Source: Antedon mediterranea (Eukaryota > Animalia > Echinodermata). From it: DNA of 64,000 bases. This document shows positions 50,905 through 64,000 of this stretch, piece by piece. Within the stretch, counting starts at the first letter, position 1. Every line of letters begins with the position of its first letter. Below the pieces are notes generated by a model, which made no database searches, was not told the DNA's origin, and saw only the letters and a list, made by a program, of their open reading frames with translations. A program made the translations under genes and the position numbers. The stretch spans positions 24,239,648-24,303,647 of the forward strand of contig NC_092673.1 in NCBI RefSeq assembly GCF_964355755.1, read 5' to 3'.

Positions 50905-53900
50905 CTATAAACCACAGTTCAAACCCTGTCTAGTCTAACTCTATATCCTCATACTTTGATTTGGTTGCTGGGAACTGTCACTCTCAATTTCCCCCCTTTT
51001 TACAGTACTTGTTGTCGTAGTTTGTCCAGACTTTTTTCTTTTGCGTTATATTAATTGATAACTGGAAACCTTGAATCGCATTGCATGGGTAACCATGACC
51101 GGTAGGACCAGTTCAATGTTGTAGATTGTAGAGCTATTACATTCCTTTCAGCTTTGAATTGTGTTGGGCGTATTAAGCACTATGTCGAACCACAACTAGT
51201 TTTGATCATTGGTTTTAGCTTCATTCCATTCAGTGGTTCACATCAAATATTATGTTTTTAAATAACAAATACTTTTTCACAATTGATTGCTGATGCTACA
51301 AGGCAGAATGATTTAGATAATTTATAGTGTAATTAGTTAATAATATAAAGTAGATTGTTTCCGGCTGTAAGAATTTAAACACCTGCATTTTCTAAATCGG
51401 TTTATGTATACGTAACTTGGTTAAAAGTTTTTATGTTAAATATAAATGTTTAAAAAATTGTATAACTTTATTTACTGTAGTACTATATTAAAATTAGAAT
51501 ATAGATGTTTTGAGTTAAAAAGAGAATATTTTTCATGAGTTAGAATATTTTTCATGAGTTGAAATATTCACTGCCCTTCGACGATGTTGAGTTAGGCTTT
51601 TAAGGAATGAAATTATTATAATCCAATTTTTGTAAACCTATTGTTCGAAAATTTACTTTTATTCAATTCATCCGCTGCTTTCATTTTAGCGCAATTTGTG
51701 ACAAATTAAGAGGTTGGTATTCGAACGTGCACCCATTTTCTACCTTATTTATACATCACGCATTTGTTGCATGCCATACTAATTTTTGTTTGTTCATGTG
51801 ATCATGCTTTTGTGAGAAAGGTACACTTTTTATACTGTACAAAAAAGGTTTAAAATGTATTGAAAAATTACCATAGAATGTAAGTAAAAACCACTTTGTT
51901 TATCTGACTAAATCCAAACATTTTCCCTTTCATTCAGTAAAATTAAATAGATCTAGAGTTTGAGCTACAGTACCATTTAATAGTAATTCTTTAAATTCAT
52001 AAAAGCATTTTTCTGGAAGTATCTTTTGCCTAATTTAATTAATTTTAAATTAAACCAACGTTAATATTTGATTATAAATATTACCGCGTTGTCATGGCAC
52101 TGTGAAGATTTATTTGTAGTGCAACGCTTGGGTAGATATTGTAAAATCAAAACGTCCATTATTGATCCACATTCACCAATAGGAAATGCTTCCTGTTGCT
52201 TGGCAACTGGTCAATTTGCAATCACCATTTACAGCTAAATATATAAAGTGTCTGAAAAAACACATTAACGATTTACGAGTAATTAAACCTTATCATTTAA
52301 TTATGACAAACCATTTTTGTTTAATCCCCTTTTCTTGCATTATTATTAGAGTGCAGTACACCACATACGTAGTGAGGACGATTGGGTCTAGTCTACCATA
52401 TTTAAGCATATCACTACCATATTTGTAGACAGATCTTAATACTGAGACCGCAATTGCTTTTTCAAAACTGACTATTTCACGAGTCTATATTTACGTGTAG
52501 ATAATATATCAAGAAAAAAATTTACATTTTTTCATGGATATATACTTTTATAATCTGGTAAAATTGAGATGATAAAATTAAAATTTAGTTTTTATATTAA
52601 TTGATATGGCATGAAATTGCTTTGTGATCTTCAGCGACATATATTTTGTAATATAATACACATTTAGTGGAAATTACTTAACAGTTGCTTAATACGCTAA
52701 GCGTATTAGCGATTGTCTACATAGATTTTCCATTAATTAATATTGTGATAGACTCATTGCATTGTTGTATAGTAGGCCTAGCTACTTTTTAATATAACAA
52801 TGATTCATGAACCTTTATTTTGATGGATTTTCATCTAACTTTATAGTTCAGATTAATTGAGGGCCAGATGTTGACAATAATAGGATGAAACCATATTTGA
52901 ACATCCTCTCCATGGTTTTTTATCTGCATTTTTTTTTAGATGACACATCTATCACTTTTTATTAGTGTCTGATGTACTTATACATGCACAGACAGCAATA
53001 ATGATATCCTCAATAGACGCCCTCATTTTCAAAGTTTAAGTTCACCTCTGATCAACAATATATTAAATTAAAACTGTCTGTTGTACTATTTCGTTTATCG
53101 CTTATATTCCAATTGCATATTATTATGCACATGAAAACACTGTATTGTTATGATAAATACCCGTTCTCTTGTTAAAATCCAGTACTGTACATACATTATC
53201 CCTACAATATTATTTACTGTACTTTATTTGTATCAAATATTGGTACTGAAAACTACAGTCAGTAGAGTATTTTTAAATATGGATATGTCTACAAATTGTA
53301 TACCATTTAGGTAAGTTTAAGTTTTAAACATAATTATAATTTATTAAACAGAATAGTGTCAACAGTGTCATAAGTATATAGAACAATAATGTAGTTTGAG
53401 GTCATAGGACAAATGAAGAAGATTGGTTTTATGAATGTCAACATTGTAGATCTGATACCTGACCATGTACCAGACTGCTAGAAAATAGTTCCCATTAAAA
53501 AAAAAAAACAGAAAGACTGAGAGTTAAAATAAAAGAACTGAAATAATCATACAATTGAAGTAACTTAGTTGTAGACATTCATTGTTTCTATTTTGGCTTG
53601 GTCAAAGTGACCATATATCTATAGATTATCCTCATATCGCTCACTTCTATCAATCCATTTAAACTATCATCTCAATCCCCATGTATCATAGCACAGCAGG
53701 GAGCAAACTGGCTACCAGCTTCTACAACGGCTATTCAATTAGCTGACTTGATCTATACCACATATTAACATAATTCTAACCATTTATGACACTAAAACTA
53801 ATCAAAAGATATCATATTGCCCCAAAATCAATATGTCATTGTGGTTTACTGAACCGTTCAACACTGTGTTGGAGTGAATGCTTCTGATTTCTAGTCCAAT

Positions 53901-54164
53901 AATATAATATTATTTATGGAATGCTTATCTAAGATAACAATAGGCAGTTTGTTAACAGAAATTTAGTACATTCATAGTTGTTTGATTGATTGTTTATTTA
54001 TACTGTTAAATGGATTACATGGTGAATAAACAAATAAGTATAAGGTTTGTGTGTATACCATGTTTTTATTAAATGATGATCTATGCGTTTATTCAAAGCA
54101 GAGTTTATATTCCAATAATTATGATATATACTTTCTTCCTTAACCTGATATGTTATAGTACTAA

Positions 54165-54250
54165 AGCTCTGTCAACACATCAAACTAGTTTGAAAAAAAA
54201 AACCTGTGATGTGCCCAAATATGGTAGTGATATGCCAAAATATGGTAGTT
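54165..54250. mobile_element. Partial Tourist-like MITE family A
   Basis: TAA-AGCTCTGTCAACACATCAAACTAGTTTGA...gtgcccaaatatggtagtgatatg; right end missing. Confidence 0.6.
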
Positions 54251-57200
54251 TTTTTTGTGCTTTAAGTTCATGTATCAAATAAGAATTTCTGATTTTTGTT
54301 GGACAAAATTAATGCTGTGAGAAGAATCTATTATTACTGTATGCAGCACTTTGCTACAAAATAATAAGATATGGTTATTTACAGTTAAAGCTACCTCAGA
54401 TAATCCATCTGGTAATTATATTTTTACGTCAACAAAAGGGACATTAATGATGGAATTTAGACAGCTGAAACATGAAAGTCGATAAAATATTGTCAGGATG
54501 GTACATTAACAAAGTATTGTTATTCATTTTCTTCATATAGTTTATTCGTCATTATCATGTTGCAAAATAAATGTATAAAAGTAATAATTTATTAAATCTA
54601 TTTATCACAGAAAATGGAAAGAAACATCTCAGCAAGTGAGTGTTGAAGCTGCATAGTACGTCCATAATCATTTTTACTTCTTTTTTTCCCTTCTAAAACA
54701 AGGGGCTGATACTAAATGCCCTTTTTATTGCTGGGTTATCATCTAATTTCTTTTAGTTTCCACAAAACATTTCTCCATCCCCATTTCCAAATATTTATTA
54801 AAAATAGTAATTATACAGTATATGTATAATAAGTGACAGGTTCAAACCGAGAAAATAATCATATTTTTAATTTTAGAATATGTGAATGTAATGGAATTTT
54901 ATCATATATAGTTATATATATGTGTTCCGTAAGTACACTGAAAAATTGTTTTTCTTTGACATAGAATATTTTTTTTAAACGAACATTTTGGCACGTTTAC
55001 CAGGTAAAAACAAAGTATGTTGATTGAAATATGTCTTGGTAAATCTAAAAAGATTATTTCTTCCTAATGATGTTTCTTGTGCTTTGAAATGAATCCAAGA
55101 TGGATCAAAATCCAACTAATAGTATAACATATAAATCCTCTCGCAATGTGTAGAAATATGAATTGATAGATTGATCTGTTTCTAGGTCTGAAGACATTAC
55201 AAAAATAAGAACAGGATAAAAAATATAAAAAATAGATATTTTAGATATAGGCCAATGTTTTAAAGATTATCACTTATATCATGGCATTTATTGCTTAGCG
55301 ATTGGTTGAAACAACATCACATGATTGAGGGAAGATTCTCATAGCTCAGAACGTTAGCACGTCGAACGTTGGAACGTCGGTCAAAAGAGTGAATACTACA
55401 CTAGTAGTAGTGTTTTACTATCAATGAAAATGCTTAGTTTTTTAAATCTTTGTAAGTAGGCCTTTTTTTTTCTTAAACTTTTATTTTATTTACTCTGGAC
55501 GCACCTTCATTCAAACAGTGTGCCACTGTTTCAAAAGTGTAGCTTCCAAATAAATTATTATTATTACAAAAATTAAAAACATAAATATGTAGACAACAAC
55601 ATAGTGTTTTAGGAGGTCCTTTAATTATAATTTGGAATTACATTATTTCCTAAATGCCAAAGAATTTTCTATGAAAGACTCGTAAATTACAAACGCACAC
55701 ATGTCGATGAGAGTGTGTGTTGCAACTACGTAACTCAACCAGGATTGAAAACGATTGCAAACATACAACAAAATACGTCAATATATTCTGAAACCATTTC
55801 AGGATGTATTTGATTATTCAAATATACAGTTGACAAAAACCTCGCGAATCAAGAAACTCTTTCTTGTATGCAGGAAGAGTAATTATTAGGCTACATAGTG
55901 ATTTTTATTAAAATAATGAATGTTTATGAGTTAAATGGGAGAATGTTTTGTTGAATGGTGTTCTATTCAATGAGGCAAAACCAAGGTGAAGAGGACAGTC
56001 GGGTGTACAAATCGTGAACACATGATACAAAATCAACATAGAGTCCAGCTAGGCCCAGCTGCCCCCTACATTTTTTAATCATAATACAAAAGATAGGATT
56101 AAGTTATGTTCAGCACATTTTAGGCCATGCTCCTTTCCCCAAATACTATTTCAAAGTCCTATAAAAGAAGTCATGATTAATGATTTGATTTGAATTTATT
56201 AGGAAAATCATCATAAAAAATACATATAAAGTGATAACATAAATTACTGACATTTACAAATAAGTACATTTATAAAAGATATTTCAGGATAGCCCAAAAA
56301 GCTACTTAGCTTATTTGCATTAGGATCCTTAATTATTAATTAAACTCGTTATTTTTACCTATCCTTTAGCTATCATTTCAAATAAGCAGTTGTTTCGTGT
56401 TTAATTAAGTTATTGCAAAAAAATAAATAAGAAGACTTTGAAATAATTTAATTTGAAAACCCATGAATTGTTATGGACAATTAAATTGCATTCAGAACCT
56501 ATTAATTCTATGCATAATAAAGGGAACATCTGCACATTCTTATAAACTAATCAGGCATTTTGATACGCTCTATTGTTTTGTAAATTTGAATCAGGCCACA
56601 CAATCAAGAAGTCTTTAGTTGAACGTCTGTAATAATAGAACAAATGTTTTTTATGCCCATTTAGGTCATAGATCTCATTTAAAACTCTTTTATGAAATCA
56701 AAATAGTTGATCATAATTTCCATTCCATTTTGCTAAATGACTTTGTATCAAATAGAATTGTTTATATTGTTCCATTTGTCGGTAAAATGAGATATTCAAT
56801 GTTTCCATTAAATGGTCAGCATGTTATCAAACGATACATTGTCCTATAAATAAATAACAACAATTTAAATCTTTGATAATTGGATTTGGTTTTAGTTTTA
56901 AAAAAACATCTTCAAAAAAATAACCATTGATTGAAAATTAAGTCAGTTAGAACAAATATTCAGCTATTTTGAGATTTTTTAATATCGAAAATATAGAATC
57001 GGCTTTATGTGAGTTAGGTGGGGACTTCATTGCCTTATAATGAAAACATTTAGAATATATATAATCATGTATAATCATTAGGAAACACATTATGTAAATT
57101 ATCTACAGTAGCCCTATGAGATTGCAATTTAGATCAATCATACAGTAGTTAGTAACAACTTTAAACCAAAGTAAATTAATGTCTGCAGTTCCAAATAGAT

Positions 57201-57399
57201 GTAAACTTAATTTTGATTGCAATTTCAGCTTTTTTAACACAATGTCAACCCATTTTCAACATGCCATTTTTGTTTACAATTTGTCTCATGGGAGACCATG
57301 TTGATAATATATAAATCTTTTCTAATACAGTAGGTTCAGAAACGAATGGAGGAGAAGTACACCAGGCCAACCCTATTCAGGAGACACTTTTTTGAGTTT

Positions 57400-59120
57400 C
57401 TTGTTAATAAGGATTCTACTGCATATTGTATAGTTTTAAAAGTAGAATCCCTATTTGGTAGCACTATTCTTAGCACATTTTCTGAGAAACCAACATAGTC
57501 TTGGCCAACCTCTGTTAAGGGGACAGTTACACTGTTGGGTCCTGAAGAGGACAGTGTTTCTCTTCTCTGTATGCATATACGGTCAAATTCGTAATACCAG
57601 ACACCTTTGGGCTGGCTAAATATGTCTGGTTTTCTAGAAAGTAAAGATTGCAATATTGTAAAATACGCTGACGATACTGTAATAAAATAATTGGTTTTCT
57701 TTGCGATAGTAAGCATAATGTAAATGAATTTGTTAATGAAGTTGGAAGATTTGTTAATTGGTGTGAGGGTATGAACTTAATACTTAATATTACTAAAACC
57801 AAAGAGATGATAATAGATTTTCGTAAAACCACAGTTGAACATAATGTAATAACTGTTAAAGAAACCGAGGTGGAAAGAGTAACCCAATACAAATACTTAG
57901 GTACTATAATTGACAATAGATTAAAATGGGAGTCGAACTCTCTCATGATTTCCAAGAAGGCATCTCAAAGGCTTGACTTTCTCAGAAAACTCAAGCAAAT
58001 TAGAGTTGATAACACTATTTTAATTCTATTTTATCAAAGTATTATTCAAAGTATTTTATCTTTTAGCATTGGATGTTTTTATGGTAACTATACTGATAAT
58101 GATAAGAAAAATATTGAGAGACCACGTAAAATTGCACAACGTATTATTAAAACTGAACGCCTTGTTCATTTATCTATGAAAAGAGTGATTTTAAAAAAAG
58201 TAAACAATATTATGAAAGACCCCACTCATCCGTTACATTACTGTTATAACTTAAAAAATCAGGTATTAGGCTACGACCTCCAAGAGCAAATCTTTGTAGA
58301 ACTAGAAAATCCTTCGTTGTAAATAGCATTCTTTTTTTTTAATTCTAATGTAAGACGATAATGCAATTTTTAAATAGTTTTACATTTTTAACAGTTTTTC
58401 ACGCTGCTGCTCTAGCCCGCTATGTCCCATTAGGACTACTCAATCAGAAGCTAAAGCAAGCAGCATTTATAGTTCTAAGGACGACAGTTTTGCGAAAATG
58501 GAAACTCCACTATAATTTATTGATCCCAGCTGCTACAGTAGACCCAAAAAACATCTGGGAAAAGAGTCTATTAGGACATGTCATGCTAAAATTACAAATC
58601 CCAAAGCATTTCTGGTATATTCACTGTCAGATATTCATTGAATTACTGTATTATCGAAAGAGTCCATTAAAGTTTGTGTTTGTAACTTGACCTTAGCAAT
58701 AAAATTAACTAAAGTGACAGAAATTGAGTATTCACTTCTGTAACAAAAACATAATATTTATTCACATATAAAAAGAGAAAAGAAACCCAAAAACCATTGT
58801 CTGACAGACAATTTAAGTATTTGTTGCTTTAAATTACATTTTTTTCAGGTAAAATAACTATTATGTGACAATAAAATGACACATTCAAAAACATTTGAAA
58901 TAAAAAATATTTTTTAATAAGCGAGCAGCGTTTTTTGTAAGAAATATTTCTTGTTTATTTTTAACTTTTTATCTTGTATTTTAATCTGTTATAATACTGC
59001 ACGTTTTAAATTGTTGCAACATTTTTTATGTTTGTTTTTTATTGTTGTTTTAATCTACCAAGCAAAGTGAATTTCCATTTTTATGGACAAATAAAATTTC
59101 TTGAATCTTGAATCTTGAAT
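57400..59120 (+). mobile_element. Degraded Rex1/Babar-like LINE: reverse transcriptase C-terminal half, 3' UTR (with inserted HINE) and tail
   Basis: KYADDTV at 57661; LNITKTKEMIIDFRK, VERVTQYKYLGTIIDNRLKW, KKASQRLDFLRKL, DPTHPLH; frameshifts; ends atggacaaataaa-(cttgaat)3. Left boundary approximate. Confidence 0.88.
58395..58954 (+). mobile_element. Helentron-associated (HINE-like) element, copy 2, inserted in the LINE 3' UTR
   Basis: Same termini and body as 40060-40658, lacking about 50 bp internally; T-rich flanks. Confidence 0.75.
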
Positions 59121-60450
59121 TCGGAATGTGTTTTTAATGGTAAAAATGAATTTGGGATCTTTTGAAGCTCAAGAAAAGTCTTATTGTATTGGGAGAGTTT
59201 CTGGTATACAGAGAGTTCGGTATTGGATGAGTTGACGGTATTCTTAAGTGTATTGAAGGTTACTACATTGCTACTTTTTTTGTGTCCATCAGTAAGACCA
59301 TGCATCACTGTAACTGAATCCAGAATGTTCTTTGCTTAATTGTGCAAATAAGAATCTAATCGATAATATGCAATTGAATGTTAAGATTCGGTAAACGTTG
59401 TTGTAAAAATAATTTACGATTTTCTAACTTGGCTGAATTGTGCACACGGGTGAATCCAGCCATTTCCCCCCTCCTCCTTTCCTTAACGCTATTTGTTTAA
59501 AAATTAATGACATTATGAGTAATGTAATTTTCAAATTCTTAATTCATGTATCTCTTTGCGTATTAAGAATAGGGTGACAATGACATCAATGTTGATGATG
59601 GTGATAATGATGTACTTTGTCACTGTGATGTGTAGGTGTTATTCAGAGCAATTATGCGAGTTTACTCGGAGTAATAATTTAAACATTGTTATTCTCTAGA
59701 ATGACAAAACCATTTTCTAATAAAATCTTGTTTGATATCTGCAAATCTTGTAATCAGTTGTCCTTTGCCATAATTAAGTAAAAATAAAGCAAAGCTGCAA
59801 TATATTTGCTTACAGCTGGTACACTTTGAACTCGCTGTCATTTCCAAAGCCTTTGATCTGAAGCCTCTCTGGGTTAAAAACTTTTATTAGTTTAAAACTT
59901 GTACACTTTTTGCATACCCTTAGTCAGGAAGAGATTTTGTTCAGCAGTGAAGCAGAACAAGTTCCTTTTTAAAAAAAAGGGACCTATTTTTACAGGAGGA
60001 TATGTCTTCATGGTTCACTTCTGTTGTTTATGATAGAACAATTTTTACTGATACTAATTATAGATCTAATTGTACTCGTTTCTGAAAATTCCAGCTCAGT
60101 TTTTTTTTTTAAGAATTAATCTAGTGAATTTTCATTGTACTTTTAGTCAAGAAGCAAAAATAATGGCTGCATCAATTGTCAGAGAAATACAAAAACAAGT
60201 ATAGTACTTGCTTTGTTTGTTAGTACAATAGCTCCTACAATTTAGTTATCATTTTGAATATTCCATTGTAAATAGGTATACTTACAGAATATGCCTATTA
60301 AAATTTAAAAAAATATGTAAATTAAAAACTTCACAAACAGAAAAAAAAGGAAAATGTGTTTTCTTTAAACCTGGCCGAAATATCAACATGCACGTCCCTC
60401 TCTAGCAATATTTGTGAGTGCTTTCATTATATAGTTGAAGATTAAGCCTA

Positions 60451-60606
60451 AGCTCTGTCTACACTATCAAATTTATGTGACAAAAAATGTGATGCGCCCA
60501 ATGGACAGGATGATGTCATACCACTACCATATTTGGGTATATAACTACCATATTTCGGCACATCAAACTTTTTTTGCTGAACTAGTTTGATAGTGTACAC
60601 ATAGCT
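60451..60606. mobile_element. Tourist-like MITE family A copy
   Basis: AGCTCTGTCTACACTATCAAA...TTTGATAGTGTACACATAGCT-TAA. Confidence 0.78.
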
Positions 60607-61646
60607 TAATAAAAATCTTAAGATTCTCTGTTTTAGTCAAGTCTGATACAAAACACATACAACTAATATTTTGAAGATCACATATTTTGCCACTTAATAA
60701 ACAGCTATTAGTCTTTTGCAATACTCTCGGCTCTGATAGATATTTGATTATATGTAGTTATACAGTTTTAAGTATTTATATTAAAGAGTATAGATTCGTA
60801 TATAATTCATCTAATGTTCCTCCTAGCAATATGTATGTTCTCAAGTGTTAATCAGTCTTTAATGATCTTATTTATGACTCCTTTACCTTATTACCTTTAA
60901 TAACCAGTATACCTATAGTATATACAAAATTCTAAATAGAGGATATTAATAATTATATTTGAATTTGAATTTGATAAATGTTGATATATGTATTCGCTTT
61001 ATCTACATCTTTTTTTCATCGCATACTGTAGCTCGGATATGATGCATTTGTTATTAAATCATAGCTATACAATCTCTGCACTTTTGCAGACAAACTTCAA
61101 ACATGAATGATTGTTATAGGATGATTTATAACGGAGAATGTCACAGGTTACATTAACGTTTCAATATCGGATATTTTTACCTACAACGAAAAGGTCAATA
61201 CTCTTATTGGAAACTGTATACTATAAATAAAATCATTATTATATTCCATAATTCATGATGTTCATTTAATTATTAACTTTTCATTAAGAATCGTCTGTTT
61301 TGTGTCATAGCATTTATAGATTTTTTTTTCTTAAACCAATTATTCATTGTGAGGGAAGAGAGAATAATCTATATTTTGTAATAGTGCATGCTATCTTTAA
61401 TCATGAGTATCAGTATTTTTATTGATCTTTCTAATGTACTTAGTATTAAACAAAAAAAATTACCAGAAATTTTAAATAGTAATAGCATTCATTTCATTTT
61501 CTTGTTTAGAAATAACATTTATGCAATTGTACAGTGTAGTGGTCATTAGAAATCATTTCATTAAGAAATTAAGTCCACCAATTTAATGAAGATGAGCTAT
61601 TATCACACAGCATGTACAAAATCAGGGCTATTAGTGCATAACAAAT

Positions 61647-62208
61647 TCCCCAACACATGCCCCAGTAAATGTACCAGCACATGCCCTAGTACATACCCCA
61701 GCACATGCCTTAGTACATGCCCCAGCACATGCCCTAGTACATGCCCCAACACATGCCCTAGTACATGCCCCAACACATGCCCTAGTACATGCCCCAGCAC
61801 ATGCCCTAGTACATGGCCCAGCACATGCCCTAGTACATGGCCCAGCACATGCCCTAGTACATGGCCCAGCACATGCCCTAGTACATGCCCCAACACATGC
61901 CCTAGTACATGCCCCAACACATGCCCTAGTACATGCCCCAACACATGCCCTAGTACATGCCCCAGCACATGCCCTAGTACATGCCCCAGCACATGCCCTA
62001 GTACATGCCCCAGCACATGCCCTAGTACATGCCCCAACACATGCCCTAGTACATGCCCTAATACATGCCCAACACATGCCCTAGTACATGCCCCAACACA
62101 TGCCCCAACACATGCCCTAGTACATGCCCTAGTACATGCCCCAACACATGCCCCAGCACATGCCCCAACGCATGCCCCAGCACATGCCCCAACGCATGCC
62201 CCAGCACA
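61647..62208. repeat. Minisatellite, 12-bp unit x about 46 (acatgccc-tagt/cagc/caac), mostly as 24-bp dimers
   Basis: Directly visible array; it generates the TCPS, HVLG and ACTR repeat ORFs in the ORF track. Confidence 0.97.
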
Positions 62209-64000
62209 GTACTGTATGTCCCATCTGTTTTTCCATATTAGTATAGGAGAAGTAGGGTATAGTGTATATGTACAGTATATACTTATTTAGGTCCGCCATA
62301 TACATTACAAACTAGCCTTGTTTTAAATTTAGTTTAATTAAGTGACTATGATGTTTATTTAATAGGGACTCCCAAATACAGTAGTAAGTTTTAATATTAA
62401 ATTTCAAATCTTAATTTTTTATATTAATACCCAATTCTAGCTGTTTCATGCTGTTATAAATATTTAAATGATTTTTTGGTGGATCTGACTATCGATTTAA
62501 AAATTCAAAACATTCAACACTTGGAAAGGATAACTTGTTTACAGTCATGAATATTTCATTTATCAGCTATATAGTTTTCATTGTTAAAAAATAATAGATG
62601 TAAAAATTGTCTTATTTAACTATAAATTTATAGCCTTCTCATTAATAATAAAATGATCGTCATAAACGTGCGTAGATGACCAGAGCTGACTCTAAATTTC
62701 ACGCCTTCATATTGGAACAGAATCTTTATCACCAAAAAGCAAAAGGTTAATTAAGAAAAAGTAGAAAAAAGACCGATTATCTGAATTTGAACTCAAATGT
62801 AAAATAATCTTGTGTAACCTACATACTGAAATAAAATTTTGAATTTTATAAATCTATTTTGTCTAGATTGTCTTTAACTTTAGTAAAAAATTATTTTAAT
62901 TTGTATTGATTATTAATAGGATAGCTTGGAATAAACATTTCCTGTAAATCGCTGAATGAGGGGAAAATTAAACAGTTTTAATTAACAGTGTCCTGTTAAT
63001 CTTTAGGTTCTATTGTTCTCATGTTGTTCAGTATGTCATGATAGGCTATTGTTTTTTCTGTCAAAATGTATTTAACACAGTTTGTCATATTAAAGTGATA
63101 AATAGCACAAAGGCAATCTAACAACAGAACAGTTCGTAGATAGGAACTTTTAACAGTGCTTTGATCTTATGTCTTGCTGCAACAAATACCAACAGTACTG
63201 TCATACGGTGTCTGTTAAGGAGCATGGAATTGATCATGCCCCTTTGATCTCCGGAGCTCAGAATGTCTTGATATAACCAGGACTCCCTGATATAACCTAG
63301 TATAAATTTTCTATGTGATTTAATAGTAAATTTGAAGCATCATACATCATGTGAAATACTATGTTATGTCATCATTACATGATAATTAATCATGTTTAAT
63401 ATCGTATATTACAACATACCACATGTCACTGTCGACTCTCGAGTGAACGGTTGGCCTGCGAAGCGGTTCCTGTTTTTTGGTGAACCACGACAAGCTGTCC
63501 TCGATAGACCTCGTTCTCAATCCATTTTACGAGTTGCTTTCAATTCATGCGAGTATGCTACTTACAAGCTATCAAGCTAGGACACAAATATTTTTTGTCT
63601 TCACACAATCACATCAAGAGCAGCTCACGATAGAGGACACATGTGAACAACAAGCATAACAACCTATATTGTAACCTATACATTCTCAACTTTATTTCTA
63701 AAAGAGCTTATTTTCCATTCAAACATTACACCAATATTGAACAAGAATGAGGTACTGACTTGGAGAGTATAATGCCTGACTTAAAATTGAGTTATATTTA
63801 TGTAACATGAGCCCAAACAGAAAACTGCTCTTATATTAATCCATGTCGGATAAGGACATGCATATTAAATTAATTATTTTTTGGATTGATTTTTACTTTT
63901 ATGGTCATAATAGTCATTAGCACCAACAATATGGCATCTATGAGCTGGTCAATATGAAAAGCACTTAGCGGAGTAGAAAGTTCAAAATATGTTGCAAAAT

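Noticed and set aside
54612-54636. 25-nt candidate micro-exon (cacag|...|gtgagt) as KCNT exon 2
   Set aside because: The peptide has no resemblance to Slo2 and such sites arise by chance in 22 kb.
57336-57955. Minus-strand ORFs of 126 and 142 aa
   Set aside because: Antisense shadows of the LINE reverse transcriptase fragment.
58361-58690. 109-aa ORF with signal-peptide-like start
   Set aside because: It spans the LINE UTR/HINE junction, and indels in the 40-kb copy break the frame.
63392-63659. GC-richer block with short overlapping ORFs as a KCNT exon
   Set aside because: No frame resembles Slo2 and no matching splice pair was found; probably a repeat fragment.

Overview
AT-rich animal genomic DNA with spliceosomal introns. 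A Deu-core SINE and the repeat content suggest an invertebrate deuterostome, possibly an echinoderm (inference). The main gene is a complete 7-exon minus-strand M14B metallocarboxypeptidase (CPE/CPN1-like, about 597 aa, 38059 to 2414) with all splice phases consistent. Its first intron is about 29.5 kb (8292-37830) and holds a set of antisense nested genes. Two are recent tandem copies of a 3-exon Lys/Arg-rich orphan gene (255 and 253 aa). A third is an IFIT-like TPR gene with a CHFxW motif, an intronless CDS, a kB/GAS-like promoter and an extra C-terminal domain now cut off by a frameshift and a stop. There is also a possible further + strand exon. Head-to-head with the peptidase is exon 1 of a Slo2/KCNT Na+-activated K+ channel (41915-42012); no further KCNT exon was recognised in the remaining 22 kb. 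The rest is Harbinger/Tourist MITEs (one nested), two Helentron-type non-autonomous copies, Rex1/Babar and L2/CR1-like LINE fragments, a DeuSINE and minisatellites. All family calls come from motif recognition by eye; no database search was run.
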